Shown here piece after piece: positions 17,895-28,100 of a DNA stretch of 37,147 nt; within the stretch, counting starts at the first letter, position 1; every line of letters begins with the position of its first letter. Source of the stretch: an uncultured Rickettsiales bacterium. GTDB lineage: Bacteria; Pseudomonadota; Alphaproteobacteria; Rickettsiales; Deianiraeaceae. The stretch is taken from positions 1 to 37,147 of the forward strand of contig CALCWF010000191.1 of the NCBI GenBank assembly GCA_937906355.1. Reading direction: 5' to 3'. The translations under genes were made by a program, and so were the position numbers. Below the pieces are notes generated by a model that saw nothing but the letters and a program-made list of their open reading frames with translations, made no database searches and had not been told where the DNA came from.

Positions 17895-19550
17895 ATGACA
17901 ACAAAGTTCATATTTATAACTGGTGGCGTTTTATCTTCTCTGGGAAAGGGGCTTGTTGCTGCAACGACCGGATGTATATTGGAAGGATATGGCTTCAAAG
18001 TTAATTTGAAGAAGATGGATCCGTATCTTAATGTCGATCCTGGGACCATGAATCCAATGCAACACGGAGAAGTGTATGTTACGGACGATGGCACTGAGGC
18101 AGATCTGGATCTTGGGAATTACGAAAGAATAGCCGGCATTAAGACAAATTTTTATAGTACGACAACATCTGGAAAGATTTATCAAGAACTCTTGAGGAGA
18201 GAGAGAAAGGGAGTTTATTTGGGTAAGACGGTTCAAGTTGTTCCTCACGTTACCGGGTTGATAAAAGAATTTATATTGAATGGAGCGGAGGACTATGACT
18301 TTAATATAATTGAAGTTGGTGGCACTGTTGGCGATATAGAGAGTGAACCTTTTTTAGAGGCTATTCGTCAACTGTCAATTGATGTTGGACGAAAAAATGT
18401 TATGTTCTTGCATCTATCTTTCGTGCCTTATCTCGGACAAACTGACGAGATAAAGACAAAACCTACGCAACACAGCGTTAAAGAGTTGATGCAATCTGGC
18501 ATCGTAGCAGATGCTATAATGTGTCGCACAAAACAAAAGATTAGCGAGAAGGATAAGAAAAAAATAGCGATGTTTTGCAATGTTAGTTCAGATAATGTCT
18601 TGGAAGCACCAGATGTGAGCGAGATCTATTGTCTGCCATATATATATGCAAAGCAGGGACTATCGCGTGTAATTTTCGAACATTTTAATATCACGAATGT
18701 CGAGGAGCAAACAGAAAGGTTTTTGAAGTGGAATGAGTATGATACAAAAAATAGTCGATTGAAGTCTCAGGAAGTTGTCGTCTGTGTCGCAGGCAAGTAC
18801 GCAAATGCGAATGATTGTTATAAATCACTGTTTGAAGCTATCAAACATGCCGGATTTGCTAATGACGTTAAGATAAAGTTAAAGTGGATAGATACTCATA
18901 AGATTACAGCAGAAAACGTCAAAGAGCAGATAGATGGAAGTGATTGTATTATTATCCCCGGTGGCTTTGGATTTGACGGTGTTGATGGTAAGATCGAGGT
19001 GATCAGATATGCAAGAGAGAATAATATTCCTTTTCTTGGAATTTGTCTCGGAATGCAGGTTGCGGTTATTGAGTTTATGCGTAATGTCGTAGGAGTTAGA
19101 GATGCGAATTCGACAGAATTTGATAAAGAAACAAAAACGCCAGTTGTGCATTTGATGCAAGCGTGGGAGTGTGATAATGGTAAAATAGAAGAGAGAAGTC
19201 GCGATTCGGATCTTGGTGGAACAATGAGACTAGGTGCTTATACGTCTATAATTTCTCCTAATACGTTGGCGAGAAAAATTTACGATGCAGACGAGACAAC
19301 CGAGCGTCATAGACATAGATATGAGATAAACAGCGATTATATGGAGACGATCGAGAAACACGGTGGAAAGTTTTCAGCTTTTGCAAAGGTCAAGGGTGAT
19401 ATAAAAAAATTACATATTCCGGAGATGTTTGAAATTCCAAAGCACAAGTTTTTCGTATCATGTCAATTTCATCCGGAGTTTCTGAGTAGACCGTTTAATT
19501 GTCATCCATTATTCAGAGAGCTTATAAAGGTGGCAAAAGAAGAAAAGTAA
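17895..19550 (+). CDS. pyrG: CTP synthase
   Basis: 551 aa. N-terminal KFIFITGGVLSSLGKG and the glutaminase domain GICLGMQ with FHPEF. AGGAG lies at 17876-17880 upstream of the ATG. Confidence 0.95.
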   Translation: MTTKFIFITGGVLSSLGKGLVAATTGCILEGYGFKVNLKKMDPYLNVDPGTMNPMQHGEVYVTDDGTEADLDLGNYERIAGIKTNFYSTTTSGKIYQELLRRERKGVYLGKTVQVVPHVTGLIKEFILNGAEDYDFNIIEVGGTVGDIESEPFLEAIRQLSIDVGRKNVMFLHLSFVPYLGQTDEIKTKPTQHSVKELMQSGIVADAIMCRTKQKISEKDKKKIAMFCNVSSDNVLEAPDVSEIYCLPYIYAKQGLSRVIFEHFNITNVEEQTERFLKWNEYDTKNSRLKSQEVVVCVAGKYANANDCYKSLFEAIKHAGFANDVKIKLKWIDTHKITAENVKEQIDGSDCIIIPGGFGFDGVDGKIEVIRYARENNIPFLGICLGMQVAVIEFMRNVVGVRDANSTEFDKETKTPVVHLMQAWECDNGKIEERSRDSDLGGTMRLGAYTSIISPNTLARKIYDADETTERHRHRYEINSDYMETIEKHGGKFSAFAKVKGDIKKLHIPEMFEIPKHKFFVSCQFHPEFLSRPFNCHPLFRELIKVAKEEK

Positions 19551-19678
19551 AATAGGTTGCGGAGTTTGGAGAAAAATAAAAAGCAAAAAGTTAGCAAAAA
19601 AGCAGAAGAAGTTGGAGAATAGGAGATAGAAAAATAGAAAGAAAATAAAGCAGAAAAATAGCATAGAATAAAAATTGT

Positions 19679-19706
19679 TTGACACATCTCTCGAAAAATG
19701 TATAAT
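19679..19706 (+). promoter_or_regulatory. Near-consensus sigma70-type promoter (TTGACA-N16-TATAAT)
   Basis: TTGACA at 19679-19684, a 16-nt spacer ending in TG, and TATAAT at 19701-19706. This is 30 nt upstream of the ATG at 19736 and is preceded by a long A/G-rich tract. Confidence 0.5.
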
Positions 19707-19735
19707 AAAGTGATTTGATTATTTAGTGCATTGTT

Positions 19736-21178
19736 ATGAGCCAAAACAATCAACCAACCGATAATTTTGAAGAGAGAGAGAAAGAGTTGCAGAAAAAAAT
19801 TGACAATCTTGGTGCGACCATCAAAGAAATCGAAGGTAATAGTGACTTTCAAGAAAAATTAGAGAAAATTAATAAAAGTTTAACGGAATTAAAGGAAAAG
19901 AAAGAAGAAGAAAAAAGAGGTCAACGATCTGGTCAAAATAACCAAAATAACAACAACGAAGAAAAAGTCGAAAATAAGCTTGAAGACGTGGAGAAAAAGA
20001 TTCAAATGCTTGAAAGGGAAATTAATAAGTGTTGTGTCGCGTCCTTTAATTCTGTTGAAGGAAAGATAGTCTTTAAAGATAATGAAGGCAATGAGAAAAA
20101 GAAAGAAGAGGCAATAAATTCTCCAATCAGAAATGCTAAACAGGCGATGGAACAGATGAAGAGTGGGTTATTCAGAGATCAGGTTGCGATCATTGGATTC
20201 GATGATGGTAGTGACGGTAATTATCATGAAGTAGCAAATCTTGTAAAGAGCGTTGGAAATTCGAAAAGTTTATCAGAATTTATTAATCAATACGCTTCTT
20301 TTAACGAGAGGCTTGATAAAATATATGGATGTCATGACGCGGAAGGTCTTCAAGCAAAGCTGAAGGACAAGATAGCAGACAAGCAAAGCAATATTAAAGA
20401 CAACGTTACGAAGATGTATATACAAAGTCTGCGTGAAATGGCGAAAAAATACAATAAAGCAGACGATAAGATATTTGACTATATTAAAGCAATAATGCGG
20501 TTAAGTCCAGAGCTTTCAAATGAGGAAGTCATTAAACGTCTTGACAATCGCTCGGTTGAGGAACAATTTAATATAGTTAATAATCTTAAAACGAGATATC
20601 CAAATCTTTTCGCGAGCAAGAGGGAAGAGATAGGTCAAATGATATACAGTTATAATGAAGGCATCAGGGACTGTAGCAATATATTCAGTGAGAAGCTAAA
20701 TTTCACCAAAGATATACAAAAAGTTTCTTCTAATTTGGGAGTAACGATAGAACAATACGAGGAGAGAAGAAAACAGGTAAATAAGGAATTTGAGAAAAAA
20801 CATGGAATTAGGCATTTTTTCAGAAATTTGATCGGTCTAGAATCGCCAGAAGGTGAGGAGTGTATAAAAAAGATTAATGAGATGAGAAAAAAGCAAGATG
20901 CTGCTTATGATAGACAAATGGAGGCAACGAATGATATTCTTAAAAGTAAGGAGGGTGGTACTAGCGTTATTGATTTGAAGGATAAACTACTCAGTAACAA
21001 GCTTCAGCAAATAAGAGAAAGATCGGAAATACCGATTAGACATGACGTTGCAAGTTTGTCGGATAAGAAGGAAATTACGGGAATTTATTATTCGAATATG
21101 CAAGATATGGGAAATGAAGGTAAGTATTCTAGTGGAGTTTCTTCCGGTTGGAAGGGACATTTCGTGGGGCGATATTAG
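19736..21178 (+). CDS. Hypothetical 480-aa protein with N-terminal coiled-coil (orphan)
   Basis: A long uninterrupted ORF with an ATG start and the consensus promoter upstream. The N-terminal ~100 aa are K/E-rich heptad-like. No family recognised. Confidence 0.6.
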   Translation: MSQNNQPTDNFEEREKELQKKIDNLGATIKEIEGNSDFQEKLEKINKSLTELKEKKEEEKRGQRSGQNNQNNNNEEKVENKLEDVEKKIQMLEREINKCCVASFNSVEGKIVFKDNEGNEKKKEEAINSPIRNAKQAMEQMKSGLFRDQVAIIGFDDGSDGNYHEVANLVKSVGNSKSLSEFINQYASFNERLDKIYGCHDAEGLQAKLKDKIADKQSNIKDNVTKMYIQSLREMAKKYNKADDKIFDYIKAIMRLSPELSNEEVIKRLDNRSVEEQFNIVNNLKTRYPNLFASKREEIGQMIYSYNEGIRDCSNIFSEKLNFTKDIQKVSSNLGVTIEQYEERRKQVNKEFEKKHGIRHFFRNLIGLESPEGEECIKKINEMRKKQDAAYDRQMEATNDILKSKEGGTSVIDLKDKLLSNKLQQIRERSEIPIRHDVASLSDKKEITGIYYSNMQDMGNEGKYSSGVSSGWKGHFVGRY

Positions 21179-21227
21179 ATAATCTAAATTATTAATTATT
21201 GTTTTTAATTTGTTGTTATAGGTTATC

Positions 21228-21788
21228 CTACATCTTTGCGTTTTCGTTGTTGTCTGTTTGATTAGAATTTATCTCATTTAGGAGCGTATAGAATATTCTT
21301 GAAACACTAGAAGATACGATAAAAGCTATACCAAGTTCGATGATAAAAACGCCACGTGCATTACTATGTTCGAAGGGTAGAAATGTGAAATCTAAGAACT
21401 TACCAGTGATAAAAAAGCTCGTAATTCCAAAACCGGTATAGAGTATAAAACCTATTATAGCAAATATTGTGAATATCCAATTAATGAGAGACTTTTTGCG
21501 TTCGTTGTTCGTTTTACTCGATGCTACGTTTGATCCGTTTAGATTAATAAAACAATATAGACATAACGCACATGCGAAAATTATACCTGCCTGAAAACCA
21601 CCACCGGGTGTATAATCTCCGTGTAAATGAACGTAGAAACCGAATATTAACAATATTGGTAGAATGAACTTTGATAGCAGGTTTATTATTAAAGTATCAT
21701 CTTTAATATTGACTTGTGTCAACTCGTGTGAATTTTGATATATTGTCGACATCAACTTATCTGTTATTATAGATAATACATTTACCAT
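21228..21788 (-). CDS. mrpB: Multisubunit Na+/H+ antiporter subunit B (MnhB/MrpB)-like
   Basis: Polytopic membrane protein with the MnhB-domain signature HGDYTPGGGFQAGIIFA. Confidence 0.65.
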   Translation of the reverse strand: MVNVLSIITDKLMSTIYQNSHELTQVNIKDDTLIINLLSKFILPILLIFGFYVHLHGDYTPGGGFQAGIIFACALCLYCFINLNGSNVASSKTNNERKKSLINWIFTIFAIIGFILYTGFGITSFFITGKFLDFTFLPFEHSNARGVFIIELGIAFIVSSSVSRIFYTLLNEINSNQTDNNENAKM

Positions 21789-21907
21789 GCTGAATTAGTA
21801 TGATTACATTTTTTTTATGCAAGTTTTTAATGCGAACGGCGTTGTTGTTGCGTAAAATAATAATTTACATTAATTTATGATTTTATCTATTGAATAGCTT
21901 TTTGCAT

Positions 21908-23338
21908 ATGTTTACTATCGCGATAGTAGGAAGAGCTAACGTTGGAAAGACGACAATATTTAATCGCTTGACGGGCAAGAAGATGGCGATTGTTGCCGAT
22001 TATCACGGAGTGACGAGAGACAGAAACGAAGTCGAGGTAGACTATTTTGGCATGAAAATTAAGTTCGTTGATGCCGCCGGAATTGAGTATCAAAATGATA
22101 AAACTGCGATTGCAAAGCAGATGCTAAGACAGGCGCTCATAAGCGTAGACAATGCGGACATATGTTTGTTTATAGTTGATATAAGAAATGGCATTATAGA
22201 TAGGGACATTGATGTATTGAATATTTTGAGAAAAAAGAATAAAAGAACGATAGTTTTGTTAAATAAAGCTGAAAATCCGCAAAACATAAATACAGACGAG
22301 CTATACAAGATAAATTGTGAGACGAAAATTTTGCTTTCAGCGGAACATAATCTTGGTTTTAATGATGTATATAATGCTATCAAAACGGAATATGAGAAAA
22401 GTGAAAATGATGTTCGGAGTGTAGGCGTAGACGTTGACAGTGGTGGTGGCAGTGATGATCGCGGGCGTTTTATACAAGATGGCGATACGGTTAAAAATAA
22501 CATTATTGAAAATGATACGAATACGACGGTAGATAAGCATACCATAAAGATCGCCATTCTTGGGCGTCCAAATGCTGGAAAGTCTACATTTTTGAATAAT
22601 TTGTTGAACGAGGATAGACTCATAACGAGCGATATTGCCGGCACGACAAGAGATAAGATTGAGCTGAATTTTTCATATAAAAATAATAATTTTATATTAA
22701 TTGATACTTCCGGTATACGTAAAAATTATAAAAATGGCGATGATTTAGAATTTGCATCTGTTGAAAAAAGCTTAGAGGCTTTGCAATTTGCTGATATTGC
22801 CATTGTTTTAATGGACGTTACCGTTGCATTAGAAGAGCAAGATTTGTCTCTTTGTCAAAAAGTTGTAAACAGTGGTAGAATATTGATAATATGTTTCAAT
22901 AAATGGGACTTAGTGGCAAAAGATAAAGAGGAAAAACTTTTAGATAAACTAAAAGGCGTCATTTGTAAATCGATAGCTCAAATTAAGGGTATAGTATTTT
23001 TTACATGTTCTGCGAAAAATGACGATAATTTGACGCAAGTGCTAGATGCGTCAAGCAAGCTTTATCGGCTGTGGAATAGTAAAATTTCCGCCGGCAAAAT
23101 GAATAAAGCAATAGAAAACGCAAAGCTAAATATCAATGTAATTAGTGAGTTAAAAATTAGATATATTAATCAGATAAAAACACGTCCACCAGCATTTGTT
23201 GCATTTAGCGGAAAGAATGAGATCGATATAACGATCGCAAAGGTCGAGAATTTGAAGAATTGGTTATATCGTGAATTCAATCTGTTCGGGATTCCTCTGA
23301 GACTGAGTATTAGGGGAAAGAGAAAGAATGGTAGTTAG
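21908..23338 (+). CDS. der: Ribosome-associated GTPase Der (EngA), two tandem G domains plus KH-like tail
   Basis: G1 motifs IAIVGRANVGKTT and IAILGRPNAGKST. DAAG/DTSG and NKAE/NKWD are in the correct order. The first ATG is at 21908; the track start at 21890 is a TTG. Confidence 0.9.
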   Translation: MFTIAIVGRANVGKTTIFNRLTGKKMAIVADYHGVTRDRNEVEVDYFGMKIKFVDAAGIEYQNDKTAIAKQMLRQALISVDNADICLFIVDIRNGIIDRDIDVLNILRKKNKRTIVLLNKAENPQNINTDELYKINCETKILLSAEHNLGFNDVYNAIKTEYEKSENDVRSVGVDVDSGGGSDDRGRFIQDGDTVKNNIIENDTNTTVDKHTIKIAILGRPNAGKSTFLNNLLNEDRLITSDIAGTTRDKIELNFSYKNNNFILIDTSGIRKNYKNGDDLEFASVEKSLEALQFADIAIVLMDVTVALEEQDLSLCQKVVNSGRILIICFNKWDLVAKDKEEKLLDKLKGVICKSIAQIKGIVFFTCSAKNDDNLTQVLDASSKLYRLWNSKISAGKMNKAIENAKLNINVISELKIRYINQIKTRPPAFVAFSGKNEIDITIAKVENLKNWLYREFNLFGIPLRLSIRGKRKNGS

Positions 23339-23393
23339 TTATTCTACATTATTAAATCAACGAAGAATCAGCTAACTGAACCATCTCGATGAT

Positions 23394-24788
23394 TTATTTT
23401 TGTATTTTTTTCTCTATTAATTTGTCTAAATTGGTTATTAGTTCTCCTGCTTTTTCTCGTTCTTCTTGTTTTAAATTTTGATTTAAAATCACCCTTTCTT
23501 TGAAAGAGTTATATGCATCAATTACTTCAAGAAGGGTTGTGTTTTTTTTGTCTTCTGTAAGTATTGTTGCAAAGTTTCGAAATGTTGAAACTACTAGTTC
23601 CGGCTTCATTAATTCTGGGCATCCATTTTTCAGAATCGAGATTCGTTGTTCTAGTATGTTAATTTGTTTGACAATATTGTTGCTCTGTCCTTGCTTTTTG
23701 AGCGTTTTGCTAAACGTTGCGAACGACTTGATAAGAGGTTGTAGCTTATCATATGGTACGTATAATGATTTATTGTTTGCTTCAAGTTTTGCTAACTCTG
23801 CGACAAACATTTTGATCCCCTTTTCTGTAAGTCCAGTCTCTATTGAATTCAATATGACCAATTTTTCTTCGTCAGTGATTGACGAATTGTGTTTACGAAA
23901 ATCAATGAAATCGTGATATATGTCATTCAATTCCGATAGACTGCTTTGATTGTTGTCGAGAAACTTTTGATATGCGTTGCATTTATTTTCAAAATCATCA
24001 TCATTGATGATGTTATTATTATTAATATAATTAATATCGATGGCATTGTTATTGTTTTTGTTACGCCTTGCATAGTAAATATTTCTTTCTTGTTCTTGAA
24101 ACTCTGCTTGTCTTACGAGACGTTCATTGTATTCGGCATCGGTTTCTCCCGGAAATCGTTCGGTCATCAATAGAGCATTATTATGCTGTTTGTCCAACTG
24201 TTTTTCAATGTTTTCTTCATCTATTTTTTTTCTAAAATCTTCAAATATACTCGACATTTTAATTACTTTCATCAATTGTTCTTCGTCGACGATGTCTTGT
24301 TGAAAATTTTCACAAAATATGCGAAATTCTTCACATTGCTTGATTGTAGGTGCAGGGTTATTACCTAATATTTTCTTGAATTCTTCAATTCTAGAACTTA
24401 GCCACTCTTCGTAAGATGTTTTAAATAGAGCTTTCAATTCTTCAGGTTTCGCACCTTTGAATTGTTCAAAGACATTTTTAGCAAGAGTTAACTTTCTAAA
24501 AAATATATATCGATCCAATTTTTTATCTTCTCCTTTTTCCCCAATTGTCAAAAAAGCTTTATTTGGTGATTTGAAGTTTTTTTCTAACGCTTCTACGCCT
24601 TGCTTATACAATTCTTGCTTTGTTACTCCTATCACGTTTGCGACGTCTTCGGCTCTTTGCTCCGTGTAGTATTCGATCAATGCATCCCATGCGTCATTAT
24701 CTATTTCCTTAAATGATTTGACATCGCGATTACCGAGGACTTGACAAAATGCATTTGTACATCGAAGACCTTTTATAATAGTTTCCAT
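23394..24788 (-). CDS. Hypothetical ~464-aa helical protein (orphan)
   Basis: Long ORF whose first ATG is at 24786-24788 (METIIKGL); the track starts at an upstream TTG (24812). It is K/E/N-rich and helical in character. No family recognised. Confidence 0.55.
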   Translation of the reverse strand: METIIKGLRCTNAFCQVLGNRDVKSFKEIDNDAWDALIEYYTEQRAEDVANVIGVTKQELYKQGVEALEKNFKSPNKAFLTIGEKGEDKKLDRYIFFRKLTLAKNVFEQFKGAKPEELKALFKTSYEEWLSSRIEEFKKILGNNPAPTIKQCEEFRIFCENFQQDIVDEEQLMKVIKMSSIFEDFRKKIDEENIEKQLDKQHNNALLMTERFPGETDAEYNERLVRQAEFQEQERNIYYARRNKNNNNAIDINYINNNNIINDDDFENKCNAYQKFLDNNQSSLSELNDIYHDFIDFRKHNSSITDEEKLVILNSIETGLTEKGIKMFVAELAKLEANNKSLYVPYDKLQPLIKSFATFSKTLKKQGQSNNIVKQINILEQRISILKNGCPELMKPELVVSTFRNFATILTEDKKNTTLLEVIDAYNSFKERVILNQNLKQEEREKAGELITNLDKLIEKKIQK

Positions 24789-25005
24789 ATTGGGAATAAT
24801 AAAACAAAACAATTAATTTTATTAAAAAAAGTAGTTGTGTCAATTAATTTTATCAACTTTTGATTGGTTTATATTTATATCGTTATTTCGTGATACCTTT
24901 TGAATACACTTTTTTAATACAACTAACTTTATTTAGTTTATTTGATTAGTTGACTGAAAATTTTTTGAAAATTTTATAATTTTTGCATAAAGTTATACTC
25001 ATAAT

Positions 25006-25037
25006 TTGAATTATTTAATCATTGAATTATTTAATCA
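25006..25037. repeat. Perfect tandem duplication of a 16-bp unit TTGAATTATTTAATCA
   Basis: 25006-25021 and 25022-25037 are identical, read directly. The repeat lies in the 335-bp AT-rich spacer upstream of the orphan gene and downstream of dnaE. Confidence 0.85.
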
Positions 25038-25123
25038 TAATAAAATTGATACGAGAACTAAATCTACATATGATAAATCTATACACAAGGTTTGATATTG
25101 TGTGTGTTGAGTTATAAAAGATG

Positions 25124-28100
25124 TCAATTTTTCTTTGTATTTACGACAATTTCTGTATCTTCAATTTGAAGTATCAGTTTTTCAAATTCGCTATACTTAC
25201 CATTTTCGATGTCTGATTTTATTTGCTGGATTTGAGATATGTCATCTATGTTAATTGTCTTTGAGTTTGCGATTTTTAAAGATGGGATTTGATGCCCGAC
25301 GTAGGGCGACGAGACGAGCGGACGTCTTGTCGCTTGTATTACTGAAGAAGTGGAGATTGATATATTGCTTGTTGAGTTTTTAGAAAACTCATGAGGATAA
25401 TTGTCGCTGACGAAAGAATTATTTGTGTTGTGTGAATCTTGGCTACAATTATTCGCATTTTGCTGTTTGATTGTGCCACTGCTCGTGTAGGTATTATTAA
25501 GATACGATATATTGTTATTGTTTTCCCCATTTCCTGCATCGATAGTGTTTCCACTGTAGTTGTTGCTATATTTACTATTGCTTGTTTTCTTTTTTCTATT
25601 TGCTCCCAGTTTAATGTCTTTCTTTGTCGGGAATTTAACGAAAAAATCATCTAGATCGTAAATTTCGCTTATTTGTAAACGTGTTCCAGTTTCTGGATTA
25701 GTTTTTGCATCAACCTCCATTACAATTTTTTTCCCTTCGACTAAATCGTTTTCATGCTGATTTATTAAATTATCATCAAAGATTGATGTTTCGTAGAGTC
25801 CGCTTAAATCTAGTAAATGAACGAAGGCGAATTTCTTCTTGTTTTTAAACCTCATTCTAACCTCAGTCACGACTCCACACATCAAAAGTCTTGTCTCAGT
25901 TTGATAGTTTGTTTCTAATACATCCTCCGCTGTTTCGAAATTATATTTTTCCAATTTACTCTTATAGTGATCTAGTGGGTGGGTCGTCATATAGAAGCCG
26001 AAAATTTCGAATTCAAAAGCTGATAATTTGTTCGAGTCGTATTCTGGATAGTTTTTCAGCTTTGGTATTAAAGGAATGTTGTCGTCTTGCCCGAACATAT
26101 TTATAATGGATTCTGTTTTTTTTTCTCTTTGTCGCCGTGAGAAATCCAATGCTGTATCGACAATAGCCGTTTCATTCTCGATGATTGTCCTAATGTTAAT
26201 TCCGAGACTTTTCCATGTTCCCGACTTAGTTAGACTCTCTATGACTTTTTTATTCAAAAGCTGTCCGCAACGATTAAAAAAATCTTGTAGATCTTTAAAT
26301 TTTCCACTACTATCTCTAATATTGCAGATTTCTTTTGCCAAATTTGCCCCGATTCCTTTTATTGCTCCGAGTGCGTAAACGATTTTTCCTTCATGACAAG
26401 AAAATTCCGCCATAGATGTATTAATATCAGGTGGGATTATTTCAATTTTCATATTACGGCACTCGCTAACGAAGCCATTTAGCTTATCTGTTTTGTTTAT
26501 ATCTAGATTCATTAATGCCGTCATGAATTCTACCGGATAGTTTGCTTTTAGATATGCGGTTTGATAAGATATTATTGTATAACTTATAGCATGTGCTTTA
26601 TTGAAGCCGTAGCCGGCGAATTTCGCGATTATATCAAATAATGCCTTTGCTTCGTTTCGACTTACAAGACCGAGTTTTTCGGATCTATCTATAAAAACAG
26701 CAGATTGCTTATCCATCTCTTCTTTAATTTTTTTACCCATTGCTCGACGTAATAAATCTGCTTCACCAAGTGAATATCCTGCTATTTTTCTAGCGACTTC
26801 CATTACTTGCTCCTGATATATTATTATGCCGTATGTTTCTTTCAAAATTGGCTCTAATATTGGATGATAATAGCTTATCTTTTCTTCGCCCATTTTACGA
26901 CGAATGAAGGACGGCATATTTTCCATTGGACCTGGTCGATTTAATGACGTGATAGCCGCGATGTCTGATATCTTATCTGTTTTTATTTTTTTTAAGGCGT
27001 TTCTTGGTAGCGGAGTTTCAAGTTGAAATATACCTTTTAAGTGCCCTGTTTGCAACAAGTCGAATGTTTTTTTATCATCTGTTGGTAGTCTATCGACGTC
27101 GATGTCGCGACCTGTATTTTTCTTTATCATTTCGCAGGCTTTTGTTAGAACAGTCAATGTTTGCAGACCTAAGAAGTCGAATTTAACAAGTCCTATTTTT
27201 TCGCAGTCCTTCATGTCGTAGCCAAAGACGGCAATACGATTTTCTGGTTTTGCATCAAAAAAACTAACATTTCCTTCGTATTTTAATTTCTCATTCTTGT
27301 TGCTCTTATTGTCGTTCTTGACGATATTTTCGTTTTCATCGCGTTCTTTGACGGCGTGATTGACGCTTTTGACCTGTGAAGCAGTCATGTTTTCGTCGTT
27401 GTCCTCGTTTTCTTCGTTATTTTTATCGTCGATACAGTTATCGTTATTTTCTTCGCTACATACAGGACCGATTTCAACAAGAGGCTTATCTCCAATAACA
27501 ACGCCGGCGGCGTGCATAGATGTATTACGATTCAGATCTTCCAGATCCATGGCAATAGTCATCAATTTGTGCATTTTTGGATTGTTATCCATTTCGTCTT
27601 TTAGACGAGGTATCATATCTAGTGCTTTTTGAATTGTTATTGGCTCGATAGGATTAAATGGTATCAGTTTGACAATATCGTTTGTCTCGTTAAACGACAT
27701 CTGTGTAACACGACCGACGTCTTTGATGACCATTTTTGCTTTCATTTTACCGTATGTTATAATTCGTGAGACGCTTTCTTTGCCGTATTTATTGACTACA
27801 TAGTCGATTGTTTTCCAACGATTTTCCTGACAAAAGTCTATATCGAAATCTGGCATTGATACGCGTTCAGGATTCAAAAATCTTTCAAAAAATAGTCCAT
27901 ATTCAAGAGGATCTACTTCTGTAATTTTTAGACACCAAGCGACAAGAGAGCCGGCACCGGAACCACGACCAGCACCAATAGCTACACCGTTGTGTTTAGA
28001 CCATTGAACGAAATCGGAGACTATAAGAAAGTATCCGGGGAAGCCCATTTTTTCTATAACATTAATTTCGTATTTTAGTCTATCCAAATATTGTTCTTTT

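Noticed and set aside
22090-22644. A 184-aa ORF antisense to der. There are similar long antisense or overlapping ORFs inside valS (2397-2720, 2853-3176), pyrG (17931-18248), dnaK, dnaE, ftsK and the acidic ORF (35231-35617).
   Set aside because: All lie wholly within genes that carry strong family signatures on the other strand or frame. Their translations are low-complexity, hydrophobic, S/F/L-rich shadows with no motifs.
27215-27460. A possible intein in the dnaE internal insertion.
   Set aside because: There is no Cys/Ser/Thr at an N-extein junction, no HN-Cys/Ser/Thr C-terminal splice junction, and no endonuclease or Hint blocks. The segment is only about 80 aa of acidic low-complexity sequence.
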